A stretch of 64,000 nucleotides of DNA from an uncultured Eubacteriales bacterium (GTDB lineage: Bacteria > Bacillota_I > Bacilli_A > RF39 > UBA660), in contig CAUTAF010000002.1 of the NCBI GenBank assembly GCA_963536495.1, positions 74,032 through 138,031 on the forward strand, written 5' to 3'. Position numbers and translations under genes: made by a program. A model generated the notes under the pieces. That model saw nothing but the letters and a program-made list of their open reading frames with translations. It was not told where the DNA came from and ran no database searches. Positions within the stretch are counted from its first letter, which is position 1. Each line of letters starts with the position of its first letter. Positions 52,167 through 61,845 of this stretch are shown here, one piece after another.

Positions 52167-52655
52167 TTAATCTTCTATCTTCTTTATCATTGTTTCCATT
52201 CTTGTATGGTAGTTTATCTTGTTATAAAATTTCTTACCTATTTCATTGTAAGCAAATACATCAACTATTACATATTCACATCTGACTGACTTAAAATATT
52301 CTTCCATTTTATTTATAAGTTCTTGTCCTATTCCTTTACTTCTAATTTTATTTGTAACAATTAATTCTGTAATTTTTCCTCTTTTAGGACATTTATAATC
52401 TAGATAATCATATTCATCATAAGAAAATATACGTCCCATGATTAAGCCAATTATCTTATTATTTTTTACTGCCAAATAACATTTACCATTATTTTTATTA
52501 ATTTCTTCTAAATCTATAATTGCCCTTTTCTCTCGATATTCAGGATGAACTTGATCGAGATGATCTTTATCTATTGATACAATATATTCTTCAAGTTCAA
52601 CTAATAAGTCCTTAACATCATCTAGATATTTGTCTTCATATTCTATTACTTGCAT
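52167..52655 (-). CDS. GNAT family N-acetyltransferase
   Basis: RSKGIGQELI...YVIVDVFAYNEIGKKFY. Confidence 0.7.
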   Translation of the reverse strand: MQVIEYEDKYLDDVKDLLVELEEYIVSIDKDHLDQVHPEYREKRAIIDLEEINKNNGKCYLAVKNNKIIGLIMGRIFSYDEYDYLDYKCPKRGKITELIVTNKIRSKGIGQELINKMEEYFKSVRCEYVIVDVFAYNEIGKKFYNKINYHTRMETMIKKIED

Positions 52656-53514
52656 TTTTAATCACCTCAAATACTTCAAATTCAACTTTTGTGTTTTCGT
52701 TAAAATTAGGATCTATTTTTTTAAAAAAATTCATATGATTTTCTTTCCATTCACTTAATGATTTGTTCTCTCCCTCTAATTTTGCTAAATCCCATGTAAT
52801 ATTTTTAAATTCAGTAATAACAACATTAATTGTTTTTATAAGGCATACAGTGTTATCTTTTAAATCTGTCAATATTGATATATCTCCAACTTTTGAAATA
52901 TTATCCAATTCATATAAAGATGTAGTAGCTGTCTTTTTACCTTCTAATACAAGATTAACTAATCTATCTACATCAATTCCAAACGTCCATCTATCGAGTC
53001 TATTTAATAGAACTATCATTTTTTCTTTATTTCCTAATGTGTCGGTTTCTATATATTCATCAACTATTTCAAATCCACATTTTTCATAGAATTTAATAGC
53101 CCTTTTGTTCCTTTTAAAAGGTCTTAAAACAATACAGTCACACAAATAATTCTCATAAATATAATTATTAATATAATCAACGACTTTTGTATCAATTCCT
53201 CTCAATAAGTATTCTGACTCGCCAATAAATATATCATATTCATATATACTATCATATTTTATTAATTCTTTACTTTTCTTATCATCATATTTATATATTT
53301 GAACAAATCCTATTTTATTATCATTGTAATTTATAAAAAATAGATGTGGTTGATTTACTAACAATTTATTCTTATATTTATTTTCTATCTCTTCAAATGA
53401 AAACTTTTTTTGTTCAAAGCACTCATAAATAAATTCTTGACTACACCATTTATACATTAATTCATAATTATCTTTTTTATCAGTGAATTTAATTAAATCT
53501 ATTTCGCTCATCAT
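52636..53514 (-). CDS. GNAT-like domain fused to a C-terminal ASCH domain
   Basis: N-terminal acetyltransferase-like core; C-terminal LEGKKTATTSLYEL...EVFEVIK typical of ASCH/YqfB. Confidence 0.5.
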   Translation of the reverse strand: MMSEIDLIKFTDKKDNYELMYKWCSQEFIYECFEQKKFSFEEIENKYKNKLLVNQPHLFFINYNDNKIGFVQIYKYDDKKSKELIKYDSIYEYDIFIGESEYLLRGIDTKVVDYINNYIYENYLCDCIVLRPFKRNKRAIKFYEKCGFEIVDEYIETDTLGNKEKMIVLLNRLDRWTFGIDVDRLVNLVLEGKKTATTSLYELDNISKVGDISILTDLKDNTVCLIKTINVVITEFKNITWDLAKLEGENKSLSEWKENHMNFFKKIDPNFNENTKVEFEVFEVIKNASNRI

Positions 53515-53635
53515 ATCACCAACTTTTACACATAATTATACCATGAAACCATAATAAATTTTTACTTATATAGACAAATATCTAAATCAAAATTACTCCA
53601 AAGTAGCTCCAGCCTTTATTTTGGGCTATTTTTTG

Positions 53636-53681
53636 TCAAAAAGAAAAACTCGTATTTTCTCTTATGAGATCTTACGAGTTA
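53636..53681 (-). terminator. terminator after secA
   Basis: AACTCGTA...TACGAGTT hairpin plus U-run on the minus transcript. Confidence 0.5.
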
Positions 53682-56168
53682 TTTTCCACAACATTGTTTA
53701 TATTTCTTACCACTTCCACATGGACACAAGTCATTTCTACCTACTTTTTCTATCTTTTTAGGTTTATTTTTTAATTTAACTTTTCCATCATTAGTCATTT
53801 TTGACTTAGATATTTCTTGTCTTTCTTGATTTTGAGATATTTCAGATTTAACTAAGAATAAAGTTATTTCTTGATCTATATTTTGTAACATCTTATTAAA
53901 TAAATCAAAACCTTCTACTGTATAAGCTCTAAGTGGATCTTGTTGACCATATCCTCTTAAATATATAGCTTCTCTAAAATGTTCCATAGCATTTATATGT
54001 TCTGTCCAGTATTTATCTACTACACTTAAAGTAATAACTTTTTCAAATTCTTCTACTACTTCAATTGGTAACTCTTTTATTTTTTCTTGATATTCATTTA
54101 ATATTTTTTCTTTAACAAAATATATTATAGCATCAGCATCCATTGAAGATATTTCATCAAATTTAATATCTTCTCTAAGTAATGTATTAAAATATTCTAC
54201 TATTTCTTGTAAATCTTCTTTTGTTAATTTTTCACTATCTATTAGTTTTGATTTAACAACATCAGTAACATGGTTTTCTACTGCTACTAAGATACTATCG
54301 TGAATAGATTCGCTATCTAATATTTCATTTCTCTTAGCATACATTATTTCTCTTTGATTATTCATAACATCATCATATTGTAATAAATTTTTACGAATAT
54401 CAAAGTTATTTCCTTCAACTCTTTTTTGTGCTGAAGAAAGCCCTTTAGTAAATCTCTTACTAGTTATTGCTTCTGTTTCTTCAAAACCTAATCTAATAAG
54501 CATATTCTTTAGACCATCAGTTCCAAATCTAACCATTAAATCATCTTCCATAGAAACATAGAATTGACTAAATCCAGGATCTCCTTGTCTTCCACTTCTT
54601 CCTCTTAACTGATTATCAATTCTTCTTGATTCATGTCTTTCAGTTCCTAAAACACATAAACCTCCAAGAGCTTTAGTTTCATCAGTAAGTTTAATGTCAG
54701 TTCCACGACCTGCCATATTAGTTGCAACTGTAACTGCTCCTTTTTGACCTGCTTTAGCTATAATTTCTGCTTCTCTAGCGTTGTTTTTAGCATTTAAGAC
54801 TTCATGTTCGATGTTTTTAGCTGTCAACAATTGACTAATTAATTCATTAGTTTCAACAGCTATAGTACCGATAAGTATTGGTTGACCTAACTTATGTCTT
54901 TTTTCAACTTCATTAATTAAAGAAGTAAATTTACCTTTTTGTGTTGGATATAACAAATCTGGAGCATCTATTCTTGCTACTGGTTTATTAGTAGGAATAC
55001 AAATAACTCTCATATTATATATATCATTAAATTCTTCTTCTTCTGTTTTAGCAGTACCTGTCATACCAGATAATTTATTATACATTCTAAATAAGTTTTG
55101 GAATGTTATAGTAGCTAAAGTTTTAGTTTCTTGATTAATCTTAACATTTTCTTTTGCTTCTATAGCTTGATGAAGACCATCACTATATGCTCTTCCCTTC
55201 ATTAAACGTCCAGTAAATTGATCTACTATAACTATTTCACCATTATTAACTACATAATCTACATCTTTTCTCATAGAGAAATTAGCACGTAATGCTTGAT
55301 TAATATGGTGAATTAAATTAGCGTTAGATACTTCATAAAGATTAGCTAAATGGAATTCTTTTTCTCCTTTTTTAACTCCTTCTTCTGTAAGTGTAACTGT
55401 CTTATTTTGTTCTTCATATATATAATCTATATCTTTTTTTAATTTCTTAGCAAATCTATCTGCTGCTTCATACATAGAAACATTTTTTAAATCTCCTCCA
55501 GATATAATTAAAGGAGTTCTAGCTTCATCTATTAAAACTGAGTCAACTTCATCTACTATTGCAAAATTAAGTTTTCTTTGTACTCTATCTTCTTTATGAG
55601 TAACCATATTATCTCTTAAATAATCAAATCCAAGTTCATTATTTGTAGTATATAAAATATCACATTCGTATGCTTTTTTCTTTTCTTGAGGAGTTAAATC
55701 TCTTAAGTTTATACCAACGCTAAGACCTAAAAATTCATGTATTCTTCCCATCCACTTAGCATCACGATCTGCAAGATATTCATTAACAGTTACTATGTGT
55801 GTACCTTTACCATCTAGTGCATTTAAATAAGCTGGTAATACAGAAGTTAAAGTTTTACCTTCTCCTGTTTTCATTTCAGCTATATTACCTTTATGTATAG
55901 CAATAGCACCAAGTAATTGAACATAGAATGGTTTTTCATTATTTACTCTAAATGCTGCTTCTCTTGCCGTAGCATAAGCTTCAACTAAAATATCATCTAA
56001 TGTTTCACCATTTTCTAATCTATTTTTAAATTCATCAGTCTTTGCTTTTAATTCATAATCTGAAAGTTTAGAATATTCTTCTTCTAACTCTTCAATTTTA
56101 TCAGCTATTATAGAAAATTTTTTTAGTTCTCTATAATCTTGATCAAATAATCTTTTTAAAAAATTCAT
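53679..56168 (-). CDS. secA: preprotein translocase ATPase SecA
   Basis: DEAD-like motor motifs; C-terminal zinc-binding CPCGSGKKYKQCCG. Confidence 0.97.
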   Translation of the reverse strand: MNFLKRLFDQDYRELKKFSIIADKIEELEEEYSKLSDYELKAKTDEFKNRLENGETLDDILVEAYATAREAAFRVNNEKPFYVQLLGAIAIHKGNIAEMKTGEGKTLTSVLPAYLNALDGKGTHIVTVNEYLADRDAKWMGRIHEFLGLSVGINLRDLTPQEKKKAYECDILYTTNNELGFDYLRDNMVTHKEDRVQRKLNFAIVDEVDSVLIDEARTPLIISGGDLKNVSMYEAADRFAKKLKKDIDYIYEEQNKTVTLTEEGVKKGEKEFHLANLYEVSNANLIHHINQALRANFSMRKDVDYVVNNGEIVIVDQFTGRLMKGRAYSDGLHQAIEAKENVKINQETKTLATITFQNLFRMYNKLSGMTGTAKTEEEEFNDIYNMRVICIPTNKPVARIDAPDLLYPTQKGKFTSLINEVEKRHKLGQPILIGTIAVETNELISQLLTAKNIEHEVLNAKNNAREAEIIAKAGQKGAVTVATNMAGRGTDIKLTDETKALGGLCVLGTERHESRRIDNQLRGRSGRQGDPGFSQFYVSMEDDLMVRFGTDGLKNMLIRLGFEETEAITSKRFTKGLSSAQKRVEGNNFDIRKNLLQYDDVMNNQREIMYAKRNEILDSESIHDSILVAVENHVTDVVKSKLIDSEKLTKEDLQEIVEYFNTLLREDIKFDEISSMDADAIIYFVKEKILNEYQEKIKELPIEVVEEFEKVITLSVVDKYWTEHINAMEHFREAIYLRGYGQQDPLRAYTVEGFDLFNKMLQNIDQEITLFLVKSEISQNQERQEISKSKMTNDGKVKLKNKPKKIEKVGRNDLCPCGSGKKYKQCCGK

Positions 56169-56192
56169 AATATCACCTAAAGTAATTCTATC

Positions 56193-56222
56193 AAAAAAAG
56201 ACTTGTAATTACAAGTCTTTTA
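56193..56222 (-). terminator. terminator after hpf
   Basis: Palindrome AGACTTGTAATTACAAGTCT plus U-run. Confidence 0.55.
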
Positions 56223-56232
56223 ATGAACTATG

Positions 56233-56751
56233 TTACTTATCTTCCTCAATAAGTCCATAATTTCCATCTTTTCTTTTATATAATACTTTTATATCCATAG
56301 AATCAGAATCTTTAAATATAAAGAAATCGTGTCCCAATAATTCCATTTGTAACATTGCTTCTTCTTCATTCATAGGTATTAATTCTATATTTTTTCTCTT
56401 AACTATAGATTTTTCATTATCTTTTATTTCTTCTATTTCTTCATAGATAAATATTTCTTCTCTTCTTTTGGAAAGTTTAGTCTTATTTTTTCTAATTTGT
56501 CTTTCTATTTTATCTATTGCTAAATCTATACCAGCATATAAATCAGGATTTTTTTCTTCAGCTCTTATATATAAAGCCCCAGTATTTAAAGTAAATTCAG
56601 TAATATAAGCATTATTTTTATTACCAGAAAGTACTACATTTACTTCCATATCTTCTTTATTTATATATTTATTTAATTTAGAAGTTTTTTCTTCAACATA
56701 ACTCTTAATTGAATCTGTCACTTCAAAATCCTTTGCTCTTATATTTATTTT
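56233..56751 (-). CDS. hpf: ribosome hibernation promoting factor (long form)
   Basis: MKINIRAKDFEVTDSIKSYVEEK...; C-terminal dimerisation domain; likely start at the internal Met. Confidence 0.85.
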   Translation of the reverse strand, partial: KINIRAKDFEVTDSIKSYVEEKTSKLNKYINKEDMEVNVVLSGNKNNAYITEFTLNTGALYIRAEEKNPDLYAGIDLAIDKIERQIRKNKTKLSKRREEIFIYEEIEEIKDNEKSIVKRKNIELIPMNEEEAMLQMELLGHDFFIFKDSDSMDIKVLYKRKDGNYGLIEEDK

Positions 56752-56790
56752 CATACAAAACACCTCCTTATATGATTAATAAACTAATTA

Positions 56791-59700
56791 TTATTTACAA
56801 CTCCATTTAGGTTTTTGACAAACTGTAGTATTTCCAGCATTATCTATTCCTAAATAACAAGTCGATGCTGATTTTGCAACAGTACAATTTAAACAAAATC
56901 TATTGTTAGGATGTTTATCACAATATTTTTCTGTTTTTGTACCAAGATTAACTACTGGACGCATTCCACTTTCTTCATCGTAAAAATTACATTTTTTATT
57001 ATAACTTTCTCCATCTGAAGTATTACATGTATCTGGTTCTCTAAGACGAGGTGGTTCATCATCAATCTTAAATTCTAAACTACATCCCCCTTCATTACCT
57101 GCTGCATCCATCATCCATATTCTCATAGTTCTTGAAGAACCAAGTTGATGATTTTTATCTTTTTGTAATTTATTCATATAAGTTCTTGTTTTTGAAGTAA
57201 GTACAGAGTGTTGTCCTCCAGTTTTATTTTTGTTTTCCCAAATGTTATCGTGATTTTGCATAACAAACGTTGTATATCTTGGTTTTTCATTTCTTTCTGC
57301 ATCAGTAAAGGCTATTTTATTTACATTTGATAGATATTCCTTACTTAAAACAATAAATTTTGTTTTAGTTGTTATCCAATCATCATACCTAAAATTCCAA
57401 CTACTTTCATCATTTAAATAATCTCTATCATCTGGAGTTTCCCTAACTTCATCTCTTACCAAATCAAATGTACATACAGGTTTTGTTTTATCTATTAAGA
57501 TACCATATTTTTTAATCGTTGTTTTCCCTTGATGTGAAATACTTGTTCCTATACTCTTATCATCAAATGGACAAACTCCTAAATTACCAGCATAGTCATA
57601 TATAACTCCATATGGTTTAGTCCATGCACTAAAGTTAGCATCACTTAGATGATTATATGGATCTATTGCTGTTTCTTTTGTCATTTTAAATGTTTCACCA
57701 TCGTGGTCAAAATCTTGTTCTAACTTGATAAATTCATCAACGTTATAATCTTTTACTGCTGCTACATTATTTATATTACTATTATGTTTATTCCAATCAA
57801 CATTTGGATATAAAGCATTTGGTCCAACATCTATATAACTATTAGACAAATTATATGGTTCATTTCCTATTGGTCTTAAACATTTATAGTCATGTAATGA
57901 ATTAAGACTACTACCTCTTGCACTAACTCCAGTTGCTCTATCACAACTAGCTACATTAGAAAAACTTGAGAAGTATACATTAACATCACTACTATACCAC
58001 CATTTAACATTATTATTTTTTCCTTTTAATTTTATCTTACAAGCAGGAGTTTGTTTAACAATATTATTTACTGTAACTGATTGAGTAACTCTATTACCTG
58101 AATTATCTACCACCATTATATTTACAGTTCCGTTATTAAATACAGATCTATATTTTTCATAAGAAACTACCCTTTGACCAGCTTGTTCTGTTTCAATATC
58201 TTTAATACCACTTATATCATCTTTAGCATCTAAATATAATTGAACAGCATTTCTTGTAAATATTCTTTTACCTCTTACTGGATTTTCATTACTTCTCGTA
58301 TATACATAAACATTAGTTATATTAGAAATATCTCCTTGAATTTGTAAAGAATTTAAATCTCTTACTTCAGGAAATCTTAATAATACTCTTCTTCCACCCT
58401 TACTAATACTTCTTGTAAATGTTTCACCATTTACTGTAATTCTATATTCAGAAGAAGATGATAAATTGCTTAATTCTAAAGCTATAAGTTTAACATCAGT
58501 AAAGTCAGTAATATTATTTGTTCCCATAATACCCATTATCGGATCTTTATAAGTCCATTGTTCAGTTCCTCTAAGACCTTTTTTAATATTACATCCTTCA
58601 GATTGATTATCATAATCACTTTCGTATTGACCTGGGAAATATCCAACTAGTCTACAAGCTGATTTATCAACTATTAATTTTTGTTCACTATTATAAACTT
58701 TATATCCAAAGTATATATCTTCTGGTTTTAATTCAGGAGGTTTTCTATCTCTTGTAGTTTGATATGGATTTCTACAAACACTTCCATTACAGTGACTTCC
58801 GTTTTCTCTCCATCCTCTATCTCTATTTAATTCATTTCCCGCATTATCTTTAGCATACCCATATACTAAATTAATACCATCTTTTAATTCTATTTCATTT
58901 AATTGATTATATTTAGGATTATCAGGACTATCTCCAAGTCCCCAAGTAGATATACCACTTTCATTATCCTTTAAATAAGTTATTTCTACTTTATCATTTT
59001 TTAACCCTAAAGATAAATGTGGATTTCTAACATCCTGCATAACTTTAACTTCACAAGTTGTAGCTCTTCCTTTTCTATCATATACACTAACTTTATCAGT
59101 TAATTTATAATTTCCTGGTTTTGCTGTTATCTTTTTAGTATAAAGTTCTCTTCTACATCTTTCTCCACCAAGTTCATCAATACATCTTACAGATACTTCT
59201 ACATCTTTATTTGTCCATTTATCATTTTCCATTTCAACTTCACATTGAACCTTAGGACAAATTTTACCTTTTTCACACTTATTAGTACCTGGTTGATAGT
59301 TTTCATCTGTTTCGTCTTCGTCTTCTTCTTTTAATTTTAAAAGACTCTTACAGTCATCTTTGGATTTATTTTTTCTACATTCTAAATATTTATTTAAACC
59401 ATCATAAAGATTAGAACATCCGACTCCTACTTCATTACCACATATAATACAAGCTTTATATTCATAATTTTGATTACCAAGGTTTTTTATTTGAACAACA
59501 CTTATATCTTTATAACAATATCTTTCTTTTTCATCCGTTCCTTCTTTATAATAAGGATTTTTTAAATCATGTTCATATCCTTCTTCAATAAGTTGTTCTA
59601 AAGTTACTATTTCTCTAGAATTATCCTTTGGTACTGGACAATTTTTATCGTTTGCATCTTCACAATATTTATTTTCACTAAGATATGTACTAGTCATATT

Positions 59701-59898
59701 TTTACCAGCTGTTTTCATACCATTTTCATGACTTATAAGTACATTTTTTTTAGTTTTACTAATATATCCAGTTACTGATACTATTGCAATAGAACTAAGT
59801 ATTCCTATAATCACTATAACTGCAATAATTTCCACTAGTGTAAACGCTTTTTTATTCTTATGTTTACATTTTTTATTACATTCTATCTTTTTCTTCAT
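56791..59898 (-). CDS. large (1035 aa) Cys-rich surface protein with type IV prepilin-like N-terminus
   Basis: MKKKIECNKKCKHKNKK-AFTLVEIIAVIVIIGILSSIAIVSVTGYISKTKK: a class III signal/pilin N-terminal helix with Glu at +5. Confidence 0.6.
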   Translation of the reverse strand: MKKKIECNKKCKHKNKKAFTLVEIIAVIVIIGILSSIAIVSVTGYISKTKKNVLISHENGMKTAGKNMTSTYLSENKYCEDANDKNCPVPKDNSREIVTLEQLIEEGYEHDLKNPYYKEGTDEKERYCYKDISVVQIKNLGNQNYEYKACIICGNEVGVGCSNLYDGLNKYLECRKNKSKDDCKSLLKLKEEDEDETDENYQPGTNKCEKGKICPKVQCEVEMENDKWTNKDVEVSVRCIDELGGERCRRELYTKKITAKPGNYKLTDKVSVYDRKGRATTCEVKVMQDVRNPHLSLGLKNDKVEITYLKDNESGISTWGLGDSPDNPKYNQLNEIELKDGINLVYGYAKDNAGNELNRDRGWRENGSHCNGSVCRNPYQTTRDRKPPELKPEDIYFGYKVYNSEQKLIVDKSACRLVGYFPGQYESDYDNQSEGCNIKKGLRGTEQWTYKDPIMGIMGTNNITDFTDVKLIALELSNLSSSSEYRITVNGETFTRSISKGGRRVLLRFPEVRDLNSLQIQGDISNITNVYVYTRSNENPVRGKRIFTRNAVQLYLDAKDDISGIKDIETEQAGQRVVSYEKYRSVFNNGTVNIMVVDNSGNRVTQSVTVNNIVKQTPACKIKLKGKNNNVKWWYSSDVNVYFSSFSNVASCDRATGVSARGSSLNSLHDYKCLRPIGNEPYNLSNSYIDVGPNALYPNVDWNKHNSNINNVAAVKDYNVDEFIKLEQDFDHDGETFKMTKETAIDPYNHLSDANFSAWTKPYGVIYDYAGNLGVCPFDDKSIGTSISHQGKTTIKKYGILIDKTKPVCTFDLVRDEVRETPDDRDYLNDESSWNFRYDDWITTKTKFIVLSKEYLSNVNKIAFTDAERNEKPRYTTFVMQNHDNIWENKNKTGGQHSVLTSKTRTYMNKLQKDKNHQLGSSRTMRIWMMDAAGNEGGCSLEFKIDDEPPRLREPDTCNTSDGESYNKKCNFYDEESGMRPVVNLGTKTEKYCDKHPNNRFCLNCTVAKSASTCYLGIDNAGNTTVCQKPKWSCK

Positions 59899-59932
59899 AA
59901 TAAAGTAACTCCTATATTAATATAATATCATT

Positions 59933-59967
59933 TTAAAAAAAATAATGTGTTATTTTATATACACATT
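59933..59967 (-). terminator. terminator after the tagO/wecA gene
   Basis: AATGTGT-loop-ACACATT plus U-run on the minus transcript. Confidence 0.45.
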
Positions 59968-59994
59968 ATCACTTTCTATGTAAAAATACAATTC

Positions 59995-61044
59995 TTATTT
60001 TTTGTTTTCTAAGTTAATTTTATCACTTAAAATATTAGTATGAAAAACAAACCATAAAGTTAATAAAAATAATACAATATATACTATCGTTCCAAGCAAT
60101 CTTTCTTTAATAACATAAAAAATAGATGCTATAGAAAATAAAGTATTAATTAAATATATTATTAAAACCGTTTTTTTATGAGAAAATCTCATTTTAAGTA
60201 TTTGATGATGAAAATGATCTTTATCTGGATCAAATATTGGTTTGTGTTTTAATTTTCTTCTAAATATTGCAAATAAAGTATCAAATATTGGAATAGATAA
60301 AATTAAAAGTGGTACAAATAAAGAAGTAATCATAGCTGATTTAAAACCTACTACAGAAATAATTCCAATAATAAATCCTAAAAAGACAGACCCTGTATCA
60401 CCTAAAAAAGTCTTAGCAGGATTAAAGTTATATCTTAAAAACCCCAAAGATGATCCAAGCATAGATATAGCTAAGAAAAGTTCTAATGTTCCAAATCTTT
60501 CTTGAAATAAAGAGATAACTATTATAGTTAAAAAATATATAGAAGAAATACCAGTTGCTAATCCATCTAGTCCATCAATTAAATTTATAATATTCATACA
60601 AGAAACTATAAATAAAATAGTAAGAGGTATAGCAAAATATCCTAAATTAATAGTAAATCCCATAATACCAATATTAGAAATAAGTAAATTACCATATAAA
60701 ACAACAATAGATGCTGATATTATATGTAGTAAAAATTTTATTTTAGCTCTTACTGGCTTAACATCATCAAACAAACCTAAAATAATAATTATAAAAGATG
60801 CTACTACGATAGATAATAATTCTTTAGAAAAATTACCAAATAATAATATCGCTAATATAAAAGATATATATACTGCTAAACCTCCAATTCTTGGTATTGG
60901 TTTAGTATGCACTCTTCTTTCATCTTTTGGTATATCTATTGCATTTATATGATATGCCATTTTAATAACTTGTGGTGTTACAAGTAAAGAAGAAAACATA
61001 GGTACTAAAAATATTAAGAATAATCTTAAATAATACATTTCCAT
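59995..61044 (-). CDS. tagO: undecaprenyl-phosphate N-acetylhexosamine-1-phosphate transferase (GT4 MraY/WecA/TagO family)
   Basis: 10-11 TM topology; conserved DD and NxxNxxDGIDGL motifs (NLIDGLDGL). Confidence 0.8.
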   Translation of the reverse strand: MEMYYLRLFLIFLVPMFSSLLVTPQVIKMAYHINAIDIPKDERRVHTKPIPRIGGLAVYISFILAILLFGNFSKELLSIVVASFIIIILGLFDDVKPVRAKIKFLLHIISASIVVLYGNLLISNIGIMGFTINLGYFAIPLTILFIVSCMNIINLIDGLDGLATGISSIYFLTIIVISLFQERFGTLELFLAISMLGSSLGFLRYNFNPAKTFLGDTGSVFLGFIIGIISVVGFKSAMITSLFVPLLILSIPIFDTLFAIFRRKLKHKPIFDPDKDHFHHQILKMRFSHKKTVLIIYLINTLFSIASIFYVIKERLLGTIVYIVLFLLTLWFVFHTNILSDKINLENKK

Positions 61045-61053
61045 TTTGTTCTC

Positions 61054-61500
61054 CTATTTTAATTGATTTTCATAATTAGTTATTTTTTCTATTCTTTTTA
61101 TATGTCTTTCTTCATTAGAAAATTCTGTTGTAATAAATGTTTCTATTATTTCCACTAAATCACTTAAATTATTTGCAGCAGATAGTGCTAACATATTAGC
61201 ATCATTATGACTTCTAGCAAGTCTTGATTCTTCTTTATTTACAACTCTTGCACATCTTATACCTTTTACTTTATTACAAGCTATACTCATACCTATTCCA
61301 GTACCACATATTGCTATACCATAATCTAAATTATTATTTGCTACTTCTTCCGCTAAAGATATACCATATAAAGAATAATCACATGATCCAGGTGTAAAAC
61401 ACCCATTATCTTTTATATCAATATTTTTATTTTTTAAATCTTTTATTATTTCTTTTTTTATTTCAAAACCTCTATGATCTGAAGTTATTCCAATTATCAT
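61054..61500 (-). CDS. rpiB: ribose-5-phosphate isomerase B (RpiB/LacAB family)
   Basis: MIIGITSDHRGFE...CGTGIG. Confidence 0.85.
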   Translation of the reverse strand: MIIGITSDHRGFEIKKEIIKDLKNKNIDIKDNGCFTPGSCDYSLYGISLAEEVANNNLDYGIAICGTGIGMSIACNKVKGIRCARVVNKEESRLARSHNDANMLALSAANNLSDLVEIIETFITTEFSNEERHIKRIEKITNYENQLK

Positions 61501-61541
61501 CTCATTCCTCCTGTATTAATTTTAACAAAAAAAAAGATGAA

Positions 61542-61772
61542 TTACTCATCTTTTGTATCAAAACCGTATTTTTTGTTAAATTTATCTACTTTTCCAGCTT
61601 TTCTCTTTCTATTATCTATTCCTGTATAGAATGGATGACAATTTGAACATGTTTCAACACGAATTTCTTTTTCTGTTGATTTTACATCAAATACTGCTCC
61701 ACAAGAACATATAACTTTTGCATCTTTATATTCTGGATGAATTCCTTTTCTCATTTTATCTCCTTCCGCCAT
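61542..61772 (-). CDS. rpmE: 50S ribosomal protein L31
   Basis: MRKGIHPEY; CxxC...CxxC. Confidence 0.9.
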   Translation of the reverse strand: MAEGDKMRKGIHPEYKDAKVICSCGAVFDVKSTEKEIRVETCSNCHPFYTGIDNRKRKAGKVDKFNKKYGFDTKDE

Positions 61773-61845
61773 GATTTAAAAAAACCATAGAAATTAAATA
61801 CGATGTTATTTTAACAAGTAATTAAAAACTTTTCAAGTATTATTA

